Source of the DNA: Planctomycetota bacterium
GTDB taxonomy: Bacteria; Planctomycetota; PLA2
Assembly: GCA_039182715.1 (NCBI GenBank)
Contig: JBCDBY010000001.1
Coordinates: forward strand, 1 to 50,475
Length of the DNA: 50,475 nt
Reading direction: 5' to 3'
The stretch's first letter is position 1; each line of letters starts with the position of its first letter. Below, one piece after another: positions 31,292 to 39,160 of the stretch. The translations under genes and the position numbers were made by a program. The notes under the pieces are model-generated. The model did not search any database. It was not told the origin of the DNA and saw nothing but the letters and a program-made list of their open reading frames with translations.

Positions 31292-32799
31292 TCTGGCGCG
31301 CCGTCTTCGCCGTGACCGTCGTCGTCCTCGCCTGGGTGACGCACGCGCTCGTGACCGCGCAGCAGCAGGCGCGCCTCGCGTCCGACACGCGGCTCGCGCA
31401 CTTCCGCATGAACAGCCGCGTCGCGCTGCTGCTCAACGCGGAGCGCAAGCGCGCACCCGAGGAGTACGAGGCGTTTCCGACGGTGAAGCAGCAGGCCTAC
31501 GCCAAGAAGAGCCTGCAGAAGATCCAGACCGACGAGGTCATCGTGCGGTCGCGCCTGATCACCGAGAAGCCGGAATACATCCAGCTTCACTTCCTGGTGG
31601 GTCGCGACGGCGAAATCCGCTCGCCGCAGGTGCCGCTCGGCATCTACCAGGAGCTGACGGTGCCCGAGACGCTTTCGCAGGCGCAGTTCGAGGCCAACTG
31701 CCGCGTGCTGCAGACGGTGCAGCAGGAGATCGATCCGCGCCAGCTCGGCCTCGACCTGGAGAAGGCGCAGATGCGCTCGCGCCGGCCGCAGCAGGGCTGG
31801 ATCGCCGACGAGCCGCGGCGCGGTTCGCTCGAGCCGCTCTGGGTCGGCGAACGTCTCTACTTCGTGCGCCGTTCGGCCGACCGGCTGGAGGGCTTCCTCG
31901 TCGATTGGGACCGCTTGCACGACAGCCTCCTCGAGGAGGTCGACGATCTCTTTCCCGAAGCGGCGCTGACCCCGTCGCGCGGGGAAGCGGACGAGAACGA
32001 CCTCTATGCGATTCCCGCGCGCTTCACGCCCGGCGCGATGGCGCACGGGTTCCGATTCGACATGAAGTACGTCGGCATCGGGCTCATGTGGCTGCTCGTC
32101 TTCAGCACGTTGGGACTGCACCTGCGCACGCTGCGCAAGGCGGAACGTCAGCGCCAGTTCGCCAGCCACGTGACGCACGAGCTGCGCAGCCCGCTCACGA
32201 CGTTCAGCCTCTATACCGATCTGCTCGCCGAGGACATGGTGCCCGACGAGGCGAAGCGCCGCGCGCACGTCGAAACGCTGCGCGAGGAGTCGAAGCGCAT
32301 GGGCAAGATGATCGAGAACGTCATCGCCCAGTCGGAGCTGGAGAAGGGGCGCGCGCGCATCGAGATGCGGCCGGTGCGCGTCGGCGAGCTGCTCGAAGAG
32401 CTGCGGCCGAGTCTCGAGAAGCTGTGCGACCCGTACGACGTGCAGCTCGCCGTCGAGCCCGGCGGCGCCGCGGACGCGACGATCACCGTCGACCCCGCCG
32501 CGGTCCACCGCATCCTCACCAACCTCGTCGAGAACGCGTGCAAGTACGGCGCCTCGCCGGTCTCCATCACCGCGGAGCGCGAGGCGGGCCACGTCCACAT
32601 CCGCGTGCGCGACGAGGGTCCGGGCGTCCCGCGCCCGCAGGCAAAGGCGATCTTCCGCGCCTACGACCGGGGCGGCCGCAACGAGACGGACACCGCGCGC
32701 GGCATCGGCCTCGGCCTGCCGCTGAGCCGCGAACTCGCCCGCTGCATGCACGGCGACCTCGTCCTCGAGTCCCCGACCGTCTTCCGCCTCACTTTCTGA
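31288..32799 (+). CDS. Sensor histidine kinase with about 230-aa periplasmic domain
   Basis: TM1 VFAVTVVVLAWVTHALV and TM2 VGIGLMWLLVFSTLGLHL. H-box FASHVTHELRSPLT, N-box NLVENACKY, G-boxes DEGPGV and GIGLGLPLS. GTGA overlap with the response regulator. Confidence 0.9.
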   Translation: MIWRAVFAVTVVVLAWVTHALVTAQQQARLASDTRLAHFRMNSRVALLLNAERKRAPEEYEAFPTVKQQAYAKKSLQKIQTDEVIVRSRLITEKPEYIQLHFLVGRDGEIRSPQVPLGIYQELTVPETLSQAQFEANCRVLQTVQQEIDPRQLGLDLEKAQMRSRRPQQGWIADEPRRGSLEPLWVGERLYFVRRSADRLEGFLVDWDRLHDSLLEEVDDLFPEAALTPSRGEADENDLYAIPARFTPGAMAHGFRFDMKYVGIGLMWLLVFSTLGLHLRTLRKAERQRQFASHVTHELRSPLTTFSLYTDLLAEDMVPDEAKRRAHVETLREESKRMGKMIENVIAQSELEKGRARIEMRPVRVGELLEELRPSLEKLCDPYDVQLAVEPGGAADATITVDPAAVHRILTNLVENACKYGASPVSITAEREAGHVHIRVRDEGPGVPRPQAKAIFRAYDRGGRNETDTARGIGLGLPLSRELARCMHGDLVLESPTVFRLTF

Positions 32800-32891
32800 T
32801 GCACCTCTTCCATCAGGAGAGCGCCGTAAGCCCATCAGGGATAGGCAGTTGCGACGACCGAGGTGCGGAATCAATCCCGCACGAGGCGCTG

Positions 32892-33114
32892 TGTGGAGAG
32901 TCCAGCTGGCTTCGGCCGGCTGCGGGGGAGCTCCTTCGTCGCGCCCCCGCGGGGGCGACGGTATTTCTGCCGTCGATGCTGACGCATCGACGGATGCCCA
33001 GCTGCGTCGCGGCTCCTTGAAGTGAAAACGGGCCACATCGGCGGAGCCGCGACTTCGCTGGGCTTTGCCAGACTCAATTCTGGGCTCGGCCTCGGGCCGA
33101 CGGTGAACTCCACA
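32892..33114. repeat. Extragenic palindromic element, copy B (related to 11142..11315), with nested strong hairpins
   Basis: CTGGCTTCGGCCGGCTGCGG (32906-32925) matches 11164-11183 at 18 of 20 positions. TCTGGGCTCGGCCTCGGGCCGACGG (33079-33103) matches 11270-11294 at 22 of 25. Outer arms TGTGGAG / CTCCACA. Internal hairpins: CCGTCGATGC-tgac-GCATCGACGG (32970-32993), GTCGCGGCTCC..GGAGCCGCGAC (33006-33053) and the palindrome GCCCCCGCGGGGGC (32943-32956). Confidence 0.7.
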
Positions 33115-33123
33115 ATCCGAGTC

Positions 33124-34434
33124 TTACTCCGGTAACGATCCCGCAGGAACCGGAACGTTGTTGATCCGGAATTGCCGCGGTACCGCCGTGCCGGCCACAT
33201 AGGTGAAGTCGGTCTCGAGTGCGTGCGGGCCGACGACCGCTCGCACGGTGAGGTTGCCGCCCAGCTGACCCTCGTCGCGCACGGGATCGCTTTCGGGGAT
33301 GTCGAACGAGCCGACGCAGTTGGGTCGCCCGAGCGTGCCCTCGCCTGTTGCGCGCGAGCCGCCGGCGTTCGGGATCGCGATCGCGAAGAAGCGCGCGCTG
33401 TTGCCGAACACGCTCTCCTCGCCACTCATCGCGCCGTTGAGGCGCCAGCTCCAGCGCGAGGTGACCTCGAGGTTCACGCGCGTCGTCCGCACGCTGCCGG
33501 TGATCGTGCCGGCGGTGAAGAGCGTGCCGAGCCGGGTCAGGTCGATCGAGTAGGTCGCGTTGGAACCGGAGACCGGCGTCACCGTCACCCCGGGAATCGT
33601 GGGCAGCGCCTCGACGTCCCCGTTGACGGACGCGATTTGCTGCGACAGGGCGAGCAGGATGCCGAACAGATCGTCGTACAGCGCGAAGACGCGCGTCCCG
33701 CAGTCGACGAGCCCGCGCACCTGCACCGCGTCGGGGAAGAGCTCGATCACGGTGCGGAAGTCCTCGCCGTCGATGTTGCCGTCGACGAGCATCGCCTGCG
33801 TGTCGCCGTCCAGCTCGAGGGTTCCGTTGAAGGTGTCCTCGCGCGGCGTGGTGACCGTGGCGTCGATCGGCCCGGAGAGGACCAGGCCGAGCGCCTCGAC
33901 CGTCGGCGCCGGACCCGCGATCGCGGTCGTGAACGTCACGCGCTGCGGCAGCGACTCGAGCAGCAGCAGGCTCGCGGCGCAGCCTCCCTCGTTGCGCAGC
34001 GAGCCGCCGCCCCGCAGCTGGGCGCGACTCGGGTTCTCGAAGGTCAGGCGCAGCGTGCCGCTGCCTTCCAGCGGCGTCGCCGTCGCGATCGGGTCGAGGC
34101 GGAACGTGATCGGGATCTCCTCGCCCGTCGGAATCCCGGTCGCCGGATCCTGCGGGAAGGTCGCGGTCCCGCTCACCGTGGTGTCGGGCACGCCGTCCGC
34201 GTCGGCGTCCATCGTGATCGTGTAGTCGCCGTTCGGCTGGAGCGCGACGCCGTCCGAAGGGCCGCCGGTCGCGGCGACGAGCAGACGCTCCATCTCGCCG
34301 AGAATGCGCGTCCAGTCGAGGACGACGATGCGCGCGCAGTCGAGCACGGCGATCTGCGGGGCGGTCAGCGCCGGCTCGCCGCCGCCGCTGCTGCATCCGA
34401 GGACGCACGCCAGAAGAAGAGCCGCGCGCCTCAT
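33124..34434 (-). CDS. Hypothetical lipoprotein
   Basis: MRRAALLLACVLGCSSGG (lipobox LGC). 436 aa, Thr/Gly/Asp-rich and beta-type, with no recognisable domain. Its ATG overlaps the tetR stop (ATGA). The track ORF's extension to 35877 is a shadow frame. Confidence 0.7.
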   Translation of the reverse strand: MRRAALLLACVLGCSSGGGEPALTAPQIAVLDCARIVVLDWTRILGEMERLLVAATGGPSDGVALQPNGDYTITMDADADGVPDTTVSGTATFPQDPATGIPTGEEIPITFRLDPIATATPLEGSGTLRLTFENPSRAQLRGGGSLRNEGGCAASLLLLESLPQRVTFTTAIAGPAPTVEALGLVLSGPIDATVTTPREDTFNGTLELDGDTQAMLVDGNIDGEDFRTVIELFPDAVQVRGLVDCGTRVFALYDDLFGILLALSQQIASVNGDVEALPTIPGVTVTPVSGSNATYSIDLTRLGTLFTAGTITGSVRTTRVNLEVTSRWSWRLNGAMSGEESVFGNSARFFAIAIPNAGGSRATGEGTLGRPNCVGSFDIPESDPVRDEGQLGGNLTVRAVVGPHALETDFTYVAGTAVPRQFRINNVPVPAGSLPE

Positions 34435-35012
34435 GCCGGTTCGGAAAGGAAGCCGTGCAGGAAGACCTTGCTCACCTGGCGCGCGATGTCGTCGGGTTCG
34501 CCGTCGCGGGTGCGGTCGTACCAGGTGTACATCCAGTTCATCATGCCGAAGAGCAGGAAGACCGCCGTGCCGATCGGCACGTCCCGCTTCTTCTTCTCCT
34601 CCGCGATCTCGTCCATCACGCCGCGCACGAGCCGCACGTAGCGGCGGCGCAGTTCGCCGACGTCCTCGTCGAGCTTGCCTTCGAGCTGCTCCGCCTCGCG
34701 CGACATCACCTTCATTTCGTGCAGGTGCGACGCGAAGAAGCGGCAGTGCCCCATGATGATGCGGTCGAGTTTCTCGATCGGCTCGGTCACGCCCGCGAGC
34801 GCCTCGGCGTGCTGCTCCAAAAGGGTCTGGAAGGCCTCGTACTGGATGTCGAAGAGGATCTCCTCCTTGCCCTTGAAGTAGTAGTAAAGCCCCGCGAGAC
34901 TCATCTCCGACGCCTTGGCGACGTCGCGAATCGACGCGCGGTCGTAGCCCTTGTCCGCGAAGACCTCCGCCGCGCTCGTGCGAATGGTCTGTTTCCGTTC
35001 CGGTCCCGCCAT
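34431..35012 (-). CDS. TetR/AcrR-family transcriptional regulator
   Basis: MAGPERKQTIRTSAAEVFADKGYDRASIRDVAKASEMSLAGLYYYFKGKEEIL (TetR_N HTH). ATG at 35012 is preferred. The longer track start at 35084 would overlap nfo. Confidence 0.88.
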   Translation of the reverse strand: MAGPERKQTIRTSAAEVFADKGYDRASIRDVAKASEMSLAGLYYYFKGKEEILFDIQYEAFQTLLEQHAEALAGVTEPIEKLDRIIMGHCRFFASHLHEMKVMSREAEQLEGKLDEDVGELRRRYVRLVRGVMDEIAEEKKKRDVPIGTAVFLLFGMMNWMYTWYDRTRDGEPDDIARQVSKVFLHGFLSEPA

Positions 35013-35021
35013 AAGCAGCGA

Positions 35022-35054
35022 ATTGTAAGGGCTTATGGTCCTCTTCCTTACAAT
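35022..35054. promoter_or_regulatory. Perfect 9-bp inverted repeat in the tetR/nfo divergent region; each arm contains an outward-facing TACAAT
   Basis: ATTGTAAGG-N15-CCTTACAAT. TACAAT (35049-35054) lies 7 nt before the nfo ATG (35062). Its mirror image lies 9 nt before the tetR ATG (35012). No SD is present on either side. Confidence 0.6.
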
Positions 35055-35061
35055 GCCCGCC

Positions 35062-35904
35062 ATGCGACTCGGTGCCCATGTCACGACCGCCGGCGGGATG
35101 CCGAATGCGGTCCTGCAGGGCGAGGAGCTGGAGTGCGAGGCGATTCAGGTCTTCACGCGCAACCAGCGCCAGTGGGAGCCCAAGCCGCTCGACCCGGAAA
35201 AGGTTGCCGAGTTCCGGCGCGGCGCGAAGAAGGCGGGCTATCTGGCCGACGCCGTCTCGCACGCTTCCTACCTGATCAACCTCTGCGCAACGGACGAGGC
35301 GATCCTCGCCAAGTCGCGCCGCGCCTTCGAGGACGAGATTCGTCGCTGTGGCGAGCTCGGCATCCCCTACCTCTGCATCCATCCCGGCAGCCATCTCGGC
35401 GAGGGAGAGGAGGCGGGCCTCGCCGCCATCACCGAATCCCTCGCGCTCGCGCTGCAGGCGACCAAGGGTGTGCGCGTGAAGATCCTGCTGGAGAACACCG
35501 CGGGCCAGGGCACCAACCTCGGCTGGCGGCTGGAGCATCTCGCCGAGCTGCTGCGGCAGGGCAAGAGCAAGCGGCTGGGCGTCTGTATCGATACCTGCCA
35601 CCTGTTCGCGGCGGGCTACGACCTGCGGACGAAGAAGAGCTACGAGGCGACCATGCAGGAGCTCGACGACCTCGTCGGGTTCGACCGCGTGTTCGCCTTT
35701 CATCTGAACGACTCGAAGTTCGAGCTGGGCCAGAAGAAGGACCGGCACGAACACATCGGCGAAGGCGCCATCGGCAAGGCCGGCTTCAAGCTGCTGGTGA
35801 ACGACGAACGCGTGGCTGGTCGGCCCGGCCTGCTCGAGACGCCCGGTGGCCCCGAGGGCTACGCGAAGAACCTCCAAACCCTACGAAGGATGCGCAGCGC
35901 ATGA
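35062..35904 (+). CDS. nfo: Deoxyribonuclease IV (endonuclease IV)
   Basis: MRLGAHVTTAGG, SHASYLINL, CIHPGSH, LLENTAGQGT, CIDTCHLFAAGYD, FHLNDSK (all Nfo metal-ligand motifs). Confidence 0.92.
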   Translation: MRLGAHVTTAGGMPNAVLQGEELECEAIQVFTRNQRQWEPKPLDPEKVAEFRRGAKKAGYLADAVSHASYLINLCATDEAILAKSRRAFEDEIRRCGELGIPYLCIHPGSHLGEGEEAGLAAITESLALALQATKGVRVKILLENTAGQGTNLGWRLEHLAELLRQGKSKRLGVCIDTCHLFAAGYDLRTKKSYEATMQELDDLVGFDRVFAFHLNDSKFELGQKKDRHEHIGEGAIGKAGFKLLVNDERVAGRPGLLETPGGPEGYAKNLQTLRRMRSA

Positions 35905-37529
35905 CCGTGGAACGCGACGTACTCGAACTCGACTGCCTGATCGTCGGTGCCGGCCCCGCCGGACTCGCCGCGGCCATTCGCATGAAGGACCTGGCGGAGC
36001 AGCAGGGCAAAGGCGACTTCGAAATCGCCGTGGTGGAGAAGGGCTCGATGCCCGGGATCCACTCGCTCTCCGGCGCCGTGGTCGATCCGCGCGGACTCGA
36101 CGACCTTCTGCCCAACTGGCGCGAGCTCGATCCGCCCATCGAGGCGGAGGTGCACAAGGAGGCGTTCTACGCGCTCTCCGAACGGCGGGCCTACCGGATC
36201 CCGACGCCGCCGCCGATGAACAACCACGGCAACTTCGTCTGCAGCCTGCAGAAGCTGGTCGAGTGGCTGGCGGGCGTTGCGGAGAGCAAGGGCGTCGAGG
36301 TCTACCCCGAGTTCCCGGGTCGCCACCTCATCATCGAGGACGGCGTGGTGAAGGGCGTGCAGCTGGTCGATTCGGGCGTATCGAAGACGGGCGAGCAGAA
36401 GCCGTCGTACGCGCCGGGCGCCGAGCTGCGCGCGAAGGTGACGATCCTCTGCGACGGCGTGCGCGGCAACCTGACCAAGGAGCTGATGGCGGCGTTCCCC
36501 GAGGTGCTCGAGGGGCGCAACGCGCAGGACTACGAGACCGGTATCAAGGAGCTGTGGAAGGTCAGGCCGGGGTCGTTCCCGGCCGGCAAGGTCGTGCACA
36601 CGATGGGGTTCCCGCTGCCGGGCAACATCTACGGCGGCAGCTGGATCTACGGCATGGCGGACGATCGCGTCTCGCTCGGCCTCGTGATGGCGCTCGACTA
36701 CGAGGATCCGACCTGGGACCTGCACCGCGAGTTCCAGCGCTTCAAGACGCACCCGTTCATCGCGAAGATCCTCGAGGGCGGCGAGGTGCTGCGCTACGGC
36801 GCGAAGGCGCTGCCGGGCGGCGGCCTCTACTCCATGCCGCGGCTCTACGGCGACGGCTGGCTGCTCGCCGGCGACGCGGCGGGCACCGTCAACATGGCGC
36901 GTCTCAAGGGCATCCACACCGCGTTCAAGAGCGGCGCGCTGGCGGGCGAAGCGGCCTTCGAGGCGCTCGTCGCCGAAGACGCCAGCGCGACGCAGCTGCA
37001 GTCGTACGAGACGTCGTTCCAGGCGTCGTGGCTCCACGACGAGCTCTACAAGACGCGCAACTTCCGCACGGCGTTCAAGAACTTCTCGCGTCCGCGCGCC
37101 ATGCTCGAGGTGGGCATCCAGATGGCGCTCGGGGGCCGGGGCCTCTTCTACGACCGCCTCCATCACAAGGAGGCGCCGTACCAGGAGACCGGTGCCGCGC
37201 GCAAGGCGCCGGCGCCGCCCGCCTTCGACAACAAGCTCACGTTCGACAAGCTCACCGACGTCTACCACTCGGGCACCAGCCACGAGGAGGACCAGCCGTC
37301 GCATCTCGTCGTCCGCGATACGAACATCTGCATCACGAAGTGCACCGAGGAGTACGGCAACCCGTGCCAGTACTTCTGCCCGGCGGCGGTCTACGAGTTC
37401 GAGGATGAACTCAAGCTCAACCCGTCGAACTGCGTGCACTGCAAGACGTGCGACATCAAGGATCCCTACGGCATCATCGACTGGGTGACGCCGGAGGGTG
37501 GCGGCGGCCCGAACTACACCGATCTCTGA
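35901..37529 (+). CDS. Electron transfer flavoprotein-ubiquinone oxidoreductase (ETF-QO)
   Basis: FAD motif DCLIVGAGPAGLAAAIRM. C-terminal 4Fe-4S motif CVHCKTCDIKDP and GGGGPNYTDL. ATGA overlap with nfo. It is the tail of track ORF 34455..37529. Confidence 0.9.
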   Translation: MTVERDVLELDCLIVGAGPAGLAAAIRMKDLAEQQGKGDFEIAVVEKGSMPGIHSLSGAVVDPRGLDDLLPNWRELDPPIEAEVHKEAFYALSERRAYRIPTPPPMNNHGNFVCSLQKLVEWLAGVAESKGVEVYPEFPGRHLIIEDGVVKGVQLVDSGVSKTGEQKPSYAPGAELRAKVTILCDGVRGNLTKELMAAFPEVLEGRNAQDYETGIKELWKVRPGSFPAGKVVHTMGFPLPGNIYGGSWIYGMADDRVSLGLVMALDYEDPTWDLHREFQRFKTHPFIAKILEGGEVLRYGAKALPGGGLYSMPRLYGDGWLLAGDAAGTVNMARLKGIHTAFKSGALAGEAAFEALVAEDASATQLQSYETSFQASWLHDELYKTRNFRTAFKNFSRPRAMLEVGIQMALGGRGLFYDRLHHKEAPYQETGAARKAPAPPAFDNKLTFDKLTDVYHSGTSHEEDQPSHLVVRDTNICITKCTEEYGNPCQYFCPAAVYEFEDELKLNPSNCVHCKTCDIKDPYGIIDWVTPEGGGGPNYTDL

Positions 37530-38353
37530 TGCGCACCTGCGCGCTGCTCTCGGAGGGTGAGCCCGCGGCGCTCATCGAGGCGGCGCGCGCCGGTGCGGAA
37601 GAGGCGGGGGGACGGCTCCGTTCCTGGGATGAAGTCGATCCGCTCGATGCGGATGCGTTTCTCGTCGCCGCGCCGGCGAAGCTCTTCGCGCTTCCGGGCA
37701 CGCTCAAGGCGCGGCTCGACGCGTGGCTGGAGCTGCTGCCGCAGGGTCGGCTGATTCCGCGCACGGCGGACAAGCCGGCGGGCTATCTCTGCAGCTACAC
37801 CCCCGACGACGACGCGATCGGCGCCGCGGTGGAAACGCAGCTGCGCGGCATGTTCGGGTTCCTCGGCATGGTCTTCCGCGGCTGTGCGAGCGGCTACGTG
37901 CCGGCGGGGGGCGCGCCGTCCGCGGAGCTGTGCGCGGTCGCGCGCCGGCTGGGCGCGGTGCTGGTGAGCAACGCCGGATTCGCGGGATTCCCGTCGGAAT
38001 ACATGCGCGGCGTGGAGCTGTTCAACGAGGAGGAGTTCTGGGAGGCACATGAGGTGTGGGAGGACCTCTGGGTGCGCGAGGAGACGGAGATCAAGCTCTA
38101 CTACCAGGGACTCATCCAGGTCGCGAGCGGGTTTCACCACTTCGGGCACGGCAACTGGAGCGGCATGGACCAGCTCATGCGCGAGGGCGTGGCGAAGCTG
38201 GTTCCCTACCGTCCGTTCGCACAGGGGCTCGATCTGGACGGCTTTCTGGACGACTTGGGGCCGTGGCTCGATCTCGCCGCTGCGCGCACCGGAAACGCGC
38301 CTCCGGTCACCCGCATTCCCGATTCTCCGCCGCGTATCTCGTTACAGGGGTGA
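37529..38353 (+). CDS. DUF309 domain protein with N-terminal extension of unknown fold
   Basis: C-terminal GVELFNEEEFWEAHEVWEDLWVRE...YYQGLIQVASGFHHFGHGN (DUF309 signature). The N-terminal 150 aa or so have no recognisable motif. TGATG junction with ETF-QO. Confidence 0.65.
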   Translation: MRTCALLSEGEPAALIEAARAGAEEAGGRLRSWDEVDPLDADAFLVAAPAKLFALPGTLKARLDAWLELLPQGRLIPRTADKPAGYLCSYTPDDDAIGAAVETQLRGMFGFLGMVFRGCASGYVPAGGAPSAELCAVARRLGAVLVSNAGFAGFPSEYMRGVELFNEEEFWEAHEVWEDLWVREETEIKLYYQGLIQVASGFHHFGHGNWSGMDQLMREGVAKLVPYRPFAQGLDLDGFLDDLGPWLDLAAARTGNAPPVTRIPDSPPRISLQG

Positions 38354-38387
38354 TGGCCGGGTTCGATGCAGGGATAATGCACTCGTC

Positions 38388-39026
38388 ATGACCGAGCTCG
38401 ACGCCATTCGCGAACGGTTCCCGGAACACGTGCCGGTCTTTCCGCTGCCGGGCACCGTGCTTTTCCCCGGCGCGATCCTTCCGCTGCACGTGTTCGAGCC
38501 GCGCTATCGCTCCATGGTGGAGGATGCGCTGGCGGGGCCGCGGCTCATCGCCATGGGCCTGCTCGCGCAGTGCACGCAGGAGGAGTACAAGGACCATCCT
38601 CCGTTCCACGACACCGTCTGCGTCGGCACGCTCATTCAGCACGAGTCGATGTCCGACGGTCGCTCGAACATCCTGCTGCTCGGCGTCGCCGCCGCGCAGG
38701 CGAAACCGGTCGATCTCGGCAAGCCTTACCAGACCGCCACGATCGAGGCGCTGCCCGACCTGCAGGATCTCGGTCCCGAAGAGGACGATCTGATGGAGCG
38801 CGCCTTCGCGTACGCCGCTCCCGGTTCCGACAGCGTCGATTCCCTGCGCCGCGACCTCGGCGGCCTGATGGAGCCGCACAACGTCGGCTCCGGCGTCGTG
38901 AGCGCCTGCGCGATCACCGCCGCCATCCCGCCGCTCTCCAAGCTCGCCCTCCTGGAGGAGCGCAGCGTCCGCCGCCGCCTCGAACAGCTCGTCACCTACC
39001 TCGAGCGCCCCTGGCAGTGGAATTAG
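38388..39026 (+). CDS. Stand-alone Lon N-terminal (LON substrate-binding / PUA-like) domain protein
   Basis: VPVFPLPGTVLFPGAILPLHVFEPRYRSMVEDAL. About 210 aa. It is the tail of track ORF 38049..39026. Confidence 0.8.
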   Translation: MTELDAIRERFPEHVPVFPLPGTVLFPGAILPLHVFEPRYRSMVEDALAGPRLIAMGLLAQCTQEEYKDHPPFHDTVCVGTLIQHESMSDGRSNILLLGVAAAQAKPVDLGKPYQTATIEALPDLQDLGPEEDDLMERAFAYAAPGSDSVDSLRRDLGGLMEPHNVGSGVVSACAITAAIPPLSKLALLEERSVRRRLEQLVTYLERPWQWN

Positions 39027-39099
39027 CCCCTCCCTGACCAACCACTCTTGGCCGAGGCGGCCGGAAGTGGCGCATGGGTCGGGAGTTGCGGCGGCGCGG

Positions 39100-39117
39100 T
39101 GCGGCACCGGTGCCGCA
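39100..39117. promoter_or_regulatory. Perfect 18-bp palindrome upstream of the nuclease gene
   Basis: TGCGGCACCGGTGCCGCA is its own reverse complement. It lies between the Lon-N stop (39026) and the preferred nuclease start (39161). No T-tract follows. Confidence 0.4.
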
Positions 39118-39160
39118 GAGGGGATCGTCGTGGTCCCGGGGGTCTGGGACAATCAACGCC

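Noticed and set aside
32815-32900. Possible tRNA-like or RNase P-like fragments. One is AGCGCC...GTGCGG-AATCAATC-CCGCAC-GAGGCGCT. The other is GAGAGTCCAG, reminiscent of the P4 GGAAAGTCCGG.
   Set aside because: The hairpin has a 6-bp stem and an 8-nt loop, not a 5/7 T-arm. No D-arm or anticodon arm can be drawn. The RNase P-like match is only about 8 nt and lacks every other conserved RNase P block.
33124-35877. 917-aa minus-strand ORF suggesting one giant protein covering the lipoprotein, tetR and nfo regions.
   Set aside because: Only the last 436 codons (from ATG 34434, lipobox MRRAALLLACVLGC) look like a real protein. The upstream part is antisense to nfo and off-frame to tetR, with shadow-frame composition.
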